A DNA stretch of 64,000 nt from a virus, in the IMG/VR virus record IMGVR_UViG_3300008997_000008, one strand, 5' to 3'. Every line of letters starts with the position of its first letter. The first letter of the stretch is position 1. The notes under the pieces were generated by a model, which was not told where the DNA came from, did no database searches, and saw only the letters and a program-made list of their open reading frames with translations. The position numbers and the translations under genes were made by a program. Below, in pieces: positions 16,673-24,535 of the stretch.

Positions 16673-17704
16673 GGAGCACGTCCTGTTCTGTCCAAATCTC
16701 GAAAGACACCCCCAGCCGCTCTGCTAACCGGCGGTAACGCGCGAGCTTCTGGGCTTTGGGGTGTTCTGGGGGGAGTCTAAGAACCCAACTTGCTTTCACC
16801 TCGACAATCTTCCATGACCCGTCTGTGAAGACCACCTTGAAGTCTGGCAAAATTGTGAGGCCTGCCTCATCCTTGAAAACAGGCTCGTACTCGTAGCTGG
16901 CAACCTGGACATCCCCTTCCAATAGCCGGACAGCAGCGGTCTCAAAGGTGCTTCGAACCCAAAACCTCGCTCTATCCGATTTGGTGCTGCGTACCCGGGA
17001 ACCCTTCCCCCAAGACCATTTCTGGGGATCCGCCTTGATAGCTGCTGCTTGCCGTGCGGATCTCTCCATACGTGTCTTTGGGTCCTGATGGAATCTTTCC
17101 AACTTCTGCCGGAATTCCGGGTTTGCCCAACGTTCCGTCATGGTTCGGCAAAACGCTGCTCTCCTCTCTGGAGTCCAAGAATCCCTGAGAGCTTGCCTCT
17201 CTTCCTCCGAACGCACCCTCCCTCTATGGAAGTCGAATTCTCCCTTCTCCCATCTCTCCTTCATCTGCTTGGAAAACCATGGCTTCTTCTCCCCTTTTCG
17301 GGCCCTGCCAGAACGTGCTCCCGCTTCGCTCAGGTTTTTTCGGGAGGCCACACAACCTACCGCACGGGTGTACCCTCTCAGCTGCCCCGCGCCGAAAGAA
17401 GTGAGAGCTGTCATCTGAGCCCAGGTTTTCCCCTGTTGGTGGAGTTCGGTAACCACTTCGCTTCGAATCCTCTTCACCTCGGGATCACGGACCATCCTGC
17501 GCGAGAACAACTCCCAACTGATCTCATGCTTCTCCAGGTACGGGACGATCTCCGGAGGCGGGTCTTTGGGGGGTGTCGCGGGTCTTGGCATCAGGATGCC
17601 TCTTGCATGGGCATATCCCCAATCGCCTCGTACAAGTCCTCGAGGCTCACCTGGATGATCTCCCCGTCCGCGTCCACTTCCACCAGGGTGTCCCCGCCCA
17701 GGCA
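16283..17704 (-). mobile_element. Split intein plus intervening homing endonuclease ('fractured gene' element)
   Basis: IntN 17591-17704, endonuclease 16659-17591, IntC 16283-16672. Confidence 0.85.
16659..17591 (-). CDS. Free-standing endonuclease with a TnsA-N-like PD-(D/E)XK domain and a basic helical linker
   Basis: RSTFE...YEYEP...LPDFKV...IVEVKA...K...FEIWTE. Start at 17591 by TGATG coupling. Confidence 0.8.
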   Translation of the reverse strand: MPRPATPPKDPPPEIVPYLEKHEISWELFSRRMVRDPEVKRIRSEVVTELHQQGKTWAQMTALTSFGAGQLRGYTRAVGCVASRKNLSEAGARSGRARKGEKKPWFSKQMKERWEKGEFDFHRGRVRSEEERQALRDSWTPERRAAFCRTMTERWANPEFRQKLERFHQDPKTRMERSARQAAAIKADPQKWSWGKGSRVRSTKSDRARFWVRSTFETAAVRLLEGDVQVASYEYEPVFKDEAGLTILPDFKVVFTDGSWKIVEVKASWVLRLPPEHPKAQKLARYRRLAERLGVSFEIWTEQDVLHDHL

Positions 17705-18100
17705 GTTGTCCCTGGTCATGATCCGGAGCTTGTTGATCAGGTCCCGGACCGCCGTCGTGTAGACATCTGCCGTTCCTGAGACATCCGCAACGACGCCAAA
17801 CTCCTGGACAGCACCTTCCTGGGATGAGGAAGCAGTCTCTCGGACCCGCCACCTGATGCGGTAGCAGCCCGCCACGGCAGAGTTGGGAATCCGGACCGCA
17901 GCGTAGTATTCCCCGACCTCAGGATTCACCGGCGTTCGGGTATCCGGACCGATGAGAACTTCAGCCCCGTTGTCCGAGTCCACGTAGTAGATCGAGTATG
18001 AAATCTCGTAGACATTGACTGGGTTCCCGTCGGAGTCTTCGGTGAAGATATCCAGGTCTCCACGCCCAAGTTCCTGGCCTTGCTCGAAGACGGTTCCCAT
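17591..18100 (-). CDS. N-extein of the neck protein (aa 1-132) plus IntN (aa 133-169)
   Basis: LRIMTRDN is followed by intein block A CLGGDTLV...VSLEDLY and then a stop; AGGAGG RBS. Confidence 0.85.
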   Translation of the reverse strand: MGTVFEQGQELGRGDLDIFTEDSDGNPVNVYEISYSIYYVDSDNGAEVLIGPDTRTPVNPEVGEYYAAVRIPNSAVAGCYRIRWRVRETASSSQEGAVQEFGVVADVSGTADVYTTAVRDLINKLRIMTRDNCLGGDTLVEVDADGEIIQVSLEDLYEAIGDMPMQEAS

Positions 18101-18142
18101 GAGGACCTCCTATCAGGGGGGAGAGATAGCTTCTCTACTCCA

Positions 18143-18370
18143 CTACTCCCGATAGACGGAACGCTTGAGATCCTTGATCGCCTGAACAAAGGAGAGGGCA
18201 GGGACCCGCGCCGTATCCGCGTAGAACTGATGACGTAGAGCCCCGAGGACATCCCGACCTGGATGTTCGAAGACCCAGGTGACTTGAGCCCCCTCTCGCT
18301 CAGTCCCCACATAGGTGAGGGCGGCGACCTTCAGGTACGCGGCGAAGTACAGATCCTTGGTCCTGAACAT
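18143..18370 (-). CDS. DUF5659-like small protein
   Basis: FRTKDLYFAAYL...VTWVF...FY pattern. Confidence 0.6.
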   Translation of the reverse strand: MFRTKDLYFAAYLKVAALTYVGTEREGAQVTWVFEHPGRDVLGALRHQFYADTARVPALSFVQAIKDLKRSVYRE

Positions 18371-18465
18371 TCAGCCTCCCAAACGCAGAGTCGCGTCCAC
18401 GAACCGGAGAACGCAGACGCGACAGGCCAAGGAGGACGGGGCAACGTCCTCAAAGGAGAACTGGA

Positions 18466-19137
18466 TCAGGCGGAGAGGACGTTGCCCTCGTGGTCGTACA
18501 CGACCAGGGCAGCACCCGCAGTCCCGCTGTACGAGAAGGCCGCCGCCGCAAAGGTGGCGATCCGACCCGAGCCGCAGGAGATCTGCAGGGCGCTCGTTCC
18601 GTACAGCTGACGGTAGGCGTCGTCGTCGAAGGAGCCGAGCTCCGCAGCAGCGGAGAGGCCACCGACCGTCGATCCGGAGGGCAGGGTGTACTTACCGCCG
18701 CTCATGATCTTCAGAATGTCCTTGACACTCCCCGAGGAGCTGTTTGCGTTGATGTCGGTGCCCGCTCCTGCTCCGCCCGTGGCGATCAGGTCAGCGTTGA
18801 TGGCAGCCTCGGTCAGCGCAGAGCCGGCATCCAGCAGAGCGATGAGGCCAGCAGCCCCGTCGTTGGCGACCGTCACCGTGATCGTGACGTTGGAGGTGCC
18901 GTCGATGACGTTGTCGATGAGGTACGCGGCGAGACCCTTGTACACAGCAGCGGTGTCCGTGCCGCCGGTCAGGGCAGCAAGGGTGTCGTTCTCGACCCGG
19001 TCCCCGAGGTAGCCGGACTGACCGACGGGCTCGAGAGTGAGGTTGCGGCTGGAGGTGTTGGGCTGCAGATCGAGCAGCTGGAGAGTGCCGGCAGGGATAT
19101 CGGTCCGGAGCCGGCAGACGTATGCGGTGTTGGCCAT
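18466..19137 (-). CDS. Probable virion structural protein (Ala/Gly/Thr-rich)
   Basis: Composition, capsid-like codon bias and position in the structural strand. Confidence 0.6.
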   Translation of the reverse strand: MANTAYVCRLRTDIPAGTLQLLDLQPNTSSRNLTLEPVGQSGYLGDRVENDTLAALTGGTDTAAVYKGLAAYLIDNVIDGTSNVTITVTVANDGAAGLIALLDAGSALTEAAINADLIATGGAGAGTDINANSSSGSVKDILKIMSGGKYTLPSGSTVGGLSAAAELGSFDDDAYRQLYGTSALQISCGSGRIATFAAAAFSYSGTAGAALVVYDHEGNVLSA

Positions 19138-19213
19138 TGTTGGAATACTCCGTGGAGACGTGCAGGGCTCGGACCCTACCTTGAGATGCGGTATTTCCTA
19201 TCTATTGGAAGAG

Positions 19214-19900
19214 TCAGCTCTGGATTCCGCTAACAAGGACAGCAGTGATCTGGAATCCAACGGCAGCTGAGTCTCCTCTGATGTAGAGAGGGCCCGCTCT
19301 GCCCTGGTAGATCGTGATGTCTTCACCAGCAGAGATTTCCCGCTCCGGGAGACCCGGGCCCGGAGACACGAACAGAGAGTTCGTTCCATCGGTGTTCTGG
19401 ATGTTGAGCTCATCGATGAACTTTGGGAAGTCGATGATGAGCGCATCAGGCGGGGGGAGATTGTTTGCGAGACCGGACACGTCAGGTCCAGTTCCCGGCA
19501 GGAAGAGGGTGTTGCGGCCACTGGCGAAGAATCCTGCGGGAGGCACTACCAGGACAGGGCCTTCTCCGAGATCGTTCCCTCCAAGGTCAACTTCGGACAC
19601 ACGGATGAACGCGATCTCTTCGTCGCTGGGGACGGTCGCGGAGACGAAATCCTCAGGGGCATACGCGAAGCGGGTCAGGTTCCGGATGGACATGGCGTCC
19701 ATCCCCCGACGAGTTCTCCGGAGAGTACGGCTCCGGACATGGCGCCCAGACCGAACCGTCGCGAGTTCAGTGGTCCCCGTGAACGCCGCATCCAGAGAAC
19801 GGGCCGCCCCAACCTTGTACGAGTAGACTCCAGCCCGACGACGGATCGTGAGGTCGATGACCCCAACATATCTCTTGATCAGATTGGGCGAGACCGTCAC
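19214..19900 (-). CDS. Probable structural protein, beta-rich
   Basis: Exact class B motif upstream. Confidence 0.55.
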   Translation of the reverse strand: MTVSPNLIKRYVGVIDLTIRRRAGVYSYKVGAARSLDAAFTGTTELATVRSGRHVRSRTLRRTRRGMDAMSIRNLTRFAYAPEDFVSATVPSDEEIAFIRVSEVDLGGNDLGEGPVLVVPPAGFFASGRNTLFLPGTGPDVSGLANNLPPPDALIIDFPKFIDELNIQNTDGTNSLFVSPGPGLPEREISAGEDITIYQGRAGPLYIRGDSAAVGFQITAVLVSGIQS

Positions 19901-19931
19901 GGGCTCTCCTACTCAGGAAACTTGGGATGCG

Positions 19932-19946
19932 ATAGGGGGTCCACCG
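19932..19946 (-). promoter_or_regulatory. Class B motif CGGT-N7-CTAT
   Basis: Exact match, 32 nt before GTG 19900. Confidence 0.6.
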
Positions 19947-19950
19947 GAGT

Positions 19951-20334
19951 TCAGGAAGAGGACTTCTCCGAAGCCGCCTTCTTCTCGTATCCCGAGGTGC
20001 CCAACCCCTTGGACTTGGCGAGCTTCCCAGCATCGGACCAAGACTCGGTCCGCTCCCCGCCGACATTGGGGACCAACTTGGGCCCCGAGGAGGAGCGACG
20101 GCGGTCCGCTGCCTTGGCATCAAGACGCTGGTTCTTCTTGGCCATCTGGCGCTTGATCTTGAGGTTCTTCCCTGTCCAGCCATCTCCCTTGAGGACGAAT
20201 CCTACAGGAGATACAGTCTTCCGAGCGGCCCCTCCACACTCCGGACAGTCCTGAGGATCCGCATACTGGGACATCCGAAGGATCTTCTCGAAGGGGTGGT
20301 CACAGGCATCGCAGTGGTAGGTATAGGTCGGCAT
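19951..20334 (-). CDS. FmdB-family Zn-ribbon protein
   Basis: MPTYTYHCDACDHPFE...CPECGG...GFVLKGDGW. Confidence 0.75.
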   Translation of the reverse strand: MPTYTYHCDACDHPFEKILRMSQYADPQDCPECGGAARKTVSPVGFVLKGDGWTGKNLKIKRQMAKKNQRLDAKAADRRRSSSGPKLVPNVGGERTESWSDAGKLAKSKGLGTSGYEKKAASEKSSS

Positions 20335-20363
20335 GAGGTCTCCAGAGACTCCAAGATACCCAG

Positions 20364-22223
20364 CTACCTGAGAAGCCACTCATAGAAGGCGTCCTGGGTT
20401 CTCTTGCTGGCCTTCTGTTCCAAAGCATCCTCATAAGAGAGCGTTCGGATAGTCCGGGGGGTGGTGACATAGAGATCGGGAGGAAGTTCTTTCTGGCGGG
20501 ACTTCTCGAACTCTGAGAGCACCACTCGGAAGAAGGCGTCCCACTGGGCACGGTTCCCCTTCTCTCCGTCCGCCAAGCTCACAGATTGGGTATTGGAAGC
20601 GGACATCCATCCATCTTCGTGAAGAGCCCGAGAGGCCCATTCCCGGAGATCCATCCCAATCCTCTGACGCTCCTTTTTCCAGAACTTCCGACGAGCCTTG
20701 TTGGCTGGGGAGTCTTCCAGGACCCGTGTCTCCTTTGAGAATACGGACCCGTGCTCCTGATGCGCCCGCTCGATGAACTTCTCTTCCTCTCGGGAGAGCC
20801 TTTCATGAGGGAGCCAATAGCCCTTGCCCAGGACATCCATCCATCTTTGACGAGACTTGAACCGACGAGAGTTCAAGACAGAGGAGTTCAACTGGAGGAC
20901 CTCGGTTCCGACCAACCCGGGAGTGTCCTGTCTCTCAACAATTCTTGAATCACGGGTCAAGGATGGAAGGATGTCCTCCATGTATCCAGCAGGGGCTTTG
21001 TAGTGGGAGGGCCATTCCTCCAGGGCATACGAGAGAAGGATATCTGGGTGATTCTTCCAAGCCCAACGACCGTGATCCCTGATTTCGATGAACCGACCCG
21101 AGGGGGAGATCCAAGCCCAGGAATGCTCCATCCTCGAGATAGCAAACCGGATAGCAACGCGCTTGGGACAGGGCAGGGCATGGAAGGAAGCTGTCTTCCC
21201 CCGCACCTCTGGATACATCCGGAGAGCGGCAGCTACGTGCTTGCAGCACCAGTTCTGCCCCTTGGGATCTCTCTTGTCGGGACGGGTTGCTGTTCCTCGG
21301 GGATCTCCCAGAAGATAGCCGCCATTCTTGGCCCAGAACTCGGGTCCCTGGTATTGCCAGAAGGGGCACGAGCAGGCACACCAGACGTGGTTCCGGGAAG
21401 TCCGGATCTTGACCGTATGTGTGCCGCTGCTCCCGGCTGCTCGGAGGGTGTAGACGCCGTCCCGCTCCCCCGAGGCTACCGGGGTGAGCCGAACCCTGCG
21501 CGCGCTGTCCAGGACCTTTCTGGACGTCCTATCCAGTATGTCCCGAGAGGTCGCGGCTGTCCGGGTTGAGGATCGGATTGTCCTCCCAACCACGGCCCCT
21601 TCCTCAGGATACATCTCCCACACCACCTCAACAAAATCGAGAGGTAGGGGAGAGGGCATCTTGATGTATCCGTCCCGTTCCTTTCTCATATCCGGATGGC
21701 GCCGGACCCCCACAAGATACGTGTTCTGGTTGGTATTGCGAGGGTCGTCACGACCAAAGTTCACATAGGACTCGGCATCTCGCGGGTCCTCCGCAAAGTT
21801 GGTGCCCTCCCCCTCCAGGGAGAATCTTCCAGTACTCCAGATAGGTTTGAGAGACCCCACGGTGTTCTTGAACTCCGCCTGGGTCATTCCCCGCCACACC
21901 AGGTTCCGAGGCCAAGACCCCATTTCCTGGAGGGCTTCGCTCCCAAGTGCTCTCCACCCTTTGGGGCGGAACACCAGGCTCGACTTGCGACGAAGACCTC
22001 TCCGAATGACCTCCCGAACCTGGGACACCCACGCGGGATTCAGCTCGAGCTTGAAGCCATGCTTGAGGTGGTCGGGGATCACTTTCGACGAGGCGGGGTT
22101 CATGCTGTCGTGAGCGGGGGAATTCCCACCAGAGTTCCCAGGGGCCTCTCCTTGGGGGAACGGGTTCCCAGCCTTCTCAGGCTGGTCGGGAGACTCCCGA
22201 TCATACAGGAACGTGTGGCTCAT
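20364..22223 (-). CDS. Multidomain ('polyvalent') protein: ART-like domain, SWIM Zn finger and WISPxG domain
   Basis: VWRGM...GTNFAEDP..AESY; CACSCPF...CCKHVAA (SWIM); WAWISPSG...H. Confidence 0.6.
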   Translation of the reverse strand: MSHTFLYDRESPDQPEKAGNPFPQGEAPGNSGGNSPAHDSMNPASSKVIPDHLKHGFKLELNPAWVSQVREVIRRGLRRKSSLVFRPKGWRALGSEALQEMGSWPRNLVWRGMTQAEFKNTVGSLKPIWSTGRFSLEGEGTNFAEDPRDAESYVNFGRDDPRNTNQNTYLVGVRRHPDMRKERDGYIKMPSPLPLDFVEVVWEMYPEEGAVVGRTIRSSTRTAATSRDILDRTSRKVLDSARRVRLTPVASGERDGVYTLRAAGSSGTHTVKIRTSRNHVWCACSCPFWQYQGPEFWAKNGGYLLGDPRGTATRPDKRDPKGQNWCCKHVAAALRMYPEVRGKTASFHALPCPKRVAIRFAISRMEHSWAWISPSGRFIEIRDHGRWAWKNHPDILLSYALEEWPSHYKAPAGYMEDILPSLTRDSRIVERQDTPGLVGTEVLQLNSSVLNSRRFKSRQRWMDVLGKGYWLPHERLSREEEKFIERAHQEHGSVFSKETRVLEDSPANKARRKFWKKERQRIGMDLREWASRALHEDGWMSASNTQSVSLADGEKGNRAQWDAFFRVVLSEFEKSRQKELPPDLYVTTPRTIRTLSYEDALEQKASKRTQDAFYEWLLR

Positions 22224-24448
22224 GATTCCTCTCTGTGGCTCACTTGGCCATAGAACAGGTGGGAGGAGAAGTCGATATCCTCAACATCCACGTTCTCCGG
22301 AGGGGCAGGGGCCAGGTGAGCCCCGTCGATCAGAGCATCTGCGATCAGCTCGATGTTGGCAGGCTGGAGATCTTCGAGACCCAGCCCGTCCGTGAACGGA
22401 GCGCATTTGGCCGAGAACTCTTCGGAAGCCACGTCATAGCCCTGGATCTGGGCGCAAGCCAAGAGACCCTCGTGGTCCAGATCCTCATAGGCATCCAGAC
22501 CGATTTCGGTCTCTACGAGCTCCATGAAGGCCAGGGTATCCGCATCCGACATGAAGGTCGCTACGCGGAGGAGGACCTCTACAGGGAGGGACGCGATGGG
22601 AGACACATCCCGCTCATGGACCTGGAAGGTGACGACGCCGGTCAGGGGAGAGACCGAGTGAACGTGGCAGAGGAGGTGCTCCGGACCCAGGACGAAGGTG
22701 ATCTGCGGAATCGTGAGGACCGAAGCGTTCTTGGGCGCACGTCTCTCGTAGCGTCCCGGGTTCTTCCGGTACATCTCGCGTCGCTTCATACAACGAGGAT
22801 TCTTCTTGCACTTCAGGTGGTAGCGACGACGGGACTTCAGCCGGTTTTGGTTCTTGTTCTTTCGATACCGAATCTGGTCCTTGCGCTTGTCCGTGGTGCG
22901 CTGTCGACGTTGGGGGCGTCCGTTCTCCCCACCCCGCTCTGTAGGAACCGCATAGTTGGAAGCCAGGAGAGCCACCCGGCGGATGTTGACGGAGAAGCGA
23001 GAGCCAATCATCTTCCGGTTCTGCTTCTTCCGCCGCGCCTCGCTCCGCTTCCGAGCAGGGTTGTTCTTCCAGGAGCTCTTGGACCGACGACGCCTCTGCT
23101 TCCGAAGGAGCTTCGCCCGGTTCTTGCGGTAGTAGGCGCGACTCTTGGCTCGAGCCTGTCCCCTCTGCTTCCGCCGCCGTTTGCCGGGCTTCCACCTCTG
23201 CTTCCACACGGCCAGACGGAGGAAGGCCCTTCGGGACAGGAGCGCATCGAAGAACTCGTCCTGAGCCTTCTGCCCGCCGATTTCCTTGACGAACTCCTCG
23301 AGAGGGATCCTTCGGGAATCCGAGGCGTTTCCCTTCTCCTGGTCCAAGAAGACAGTCTTGGAGGGGTCTACAATCGCAGAGCCTGCACAGTCATTGATGA
23401 GCTCCAGGAGCCCCTGACGTGCCCCTGGGGAGAGGTCCTTGAGGCCCCCGCCGATCTGTATTGCGTACAGATTCGTGACAGCCACCCAACCTGTAGATAC
23501 AAGCCAATCACGAGGAGACTTCCCGAACTTGGGCTTGGGCCCTCGCCAGGCCAGGAACTGAGGATCCTTCTCGAAACGATTGAGAGCCCATACTCCGTGA
23601 TCTACATGGATGCGATGAATCACTCCCTTCGGTGAGATCCATCCCAGGGAGTGTCCCATCGTACAGGAGCCGGAAGCTTGGGGTCTACGGGTCACGATTC
23701 CATCCGTAGTGTCGTTGACAGGGTGCTCGGTTGTCTGAGCACCAGGGACACCCAGAGTCCGGGGCTGGAGGTCGCGGTCCATATCCGGAGTGTTGAAGTT
23801 GGTGGGACCGATTGCCCGGCCGTGGGCTCCCGGATGGGCAGCATCCGGGGGGAGAGCCGAATATGACACCTCATCAGACCCATTGTTCCCGGTGGGGAGG
23901 CCCATCTCCGAGTTGTGGGTCACGTGCGTCTTGGTGCCGAAGTCGTTGGGGTCTCGAGTCTCTGCGAACTTCAGAAGCACACGGAGCGCCGACGTTTTCT
24001 CAAAATCAGTGCGCCACATGTGGAGAGGAGCAGGCTTCTTCAGAGCTTGCTCCAGGGCTTCCTTGACTTCCTTGCGCGCGGGACCGATGCTCCCCGGCTC
24101 CTTCCACTGGGCGACCCAGGCCTCGTATCCCCCACAGTCCCGCATCTCGTCCAGCGCCTTGAGAGCTTCCTTCAGGAGTGGCTTTGGCACCGCAGCGTAG
24201 AGGGAGTCTGAAGAGAGGAACAGAGCGCCCAACCAGGTCCAGTACTCGAACACGTTGTCTCTCTCAGGATCCTCGCTCTGCTTCCGGATGCGGGTCAGCT
24301 CCTTCTTGAGGTAGTCGAAGGCCGGCTTGGACTTCACCTTGTTTAGGACACGCCAACGCTCATCATGAGGACCATCACCTTCCCAGGGGAGGTATCCCCA
24401 TGACCCAGCAATGACGGCGCGGACAGCTTGGCGGCGTGAATCAGTCAT
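22220..24448 (-). CDS. Multidomain protein with a WISPxG domain and long Arg/Lys-rich tracts
   Basis: GWISPKG...H..WA; two highly basic segments; class B-like motif upstream. Confidence 0.65.
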   Translation of the reverse strand: MTDSRRQAVRAVIAGSWGYLPWEGDGPHDERWRVLNKVKSKPAFDYLKKELTRIRKQSEDPERDNVFEYWTWLGALFLSSDSLYAAVPKPLLKEALKALDEMRDCGGYEAWVAQWKEPGSIGPARKEVKEALEQALKKPAPLHMWRTDFEKTSALRVLLKFAETRDPNDFGTKTHVTHNSEMGLPTGNNGSDEVSYSALPPDAAHPGAHGRAIGPTNFNTPDMDRDLQPRTLGVPGAQTTEHPVNDTTDGIVTRRPQASGSCTMGHSLGWISPKGVIHRIHVDHGVWALNRFEKDPQFLAWRGPKPKFGKSPRDWLVSTGWVAVTNLYAIQIGGGLKDLSPGARQGLLELINDCAGSAIVDPSKTVFLDQEKGNASDSRRIPLEEFVKEIGGQKAQDEFFDALLSRRAFLRLAVWKQRWKPGKRRRKQRGQARAKSRAYYRKNRAKLLRKQRRRRSKSSWKNNPARKRSEARRKKQNRKMIGSRFSVNIRRVALLASNYAVPTERGGENGRPQRRQRTTDKRKDQIRYRKNKNQNRLKSRRRYHLKCKKNPRCMKRREMYRKNPGRYERRAPKNASVLTIPQITFVLGPEHLLCHVHSVSPLTGVVTFQVHERDVSPIASLPVEVLLRVATFMSDADTLAFMELVETEIGLDAYEDLDHEGLLACAQIQGYDVASEEFSAKCAPFTDGLGLEDLQPANIELIADALIDGAHLAPAPPENVDVEDIDFSSHLFYGQVSHREES

Positions 24449-24535
24449 GACACCTGACCAAATCTATAGTCGCGATATTGCCTAACAATGCATTGCGATA
24501 CGGTAACCAGAAGGGCAATCCACCCTGGAGGACCC

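Noticed and set aside
16732-16737. CGGTAA copy inside the endonuclease gene
   Set aside because: It is antisense within coding sequence and explained by Tyr-Arg codons (TAC CG).
16659-17591. Group I intron, or a contiguous intein broken by sequencing errors
   Set aside because: The nuclease ORF overlaps both flanking ORFs, leaving no room for a ribozyme core. Each ORF has its own coupled start. Two compensating errors would be needed, and the insert is not at the canonical intein endonuclease site.
17592-17852. N-terminal extension of ORF 16659..17852
   Set aside because: It overlaps the N-extein/IntN gene in another frame. The TGATG-coupled ATG at 17591 is the better start.
18390-18423. 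8-bp inverted repeat as a terminator
   Set aside because: It has an 18-nt loop and no U tract, and such stems are expected by chance at this GC content.
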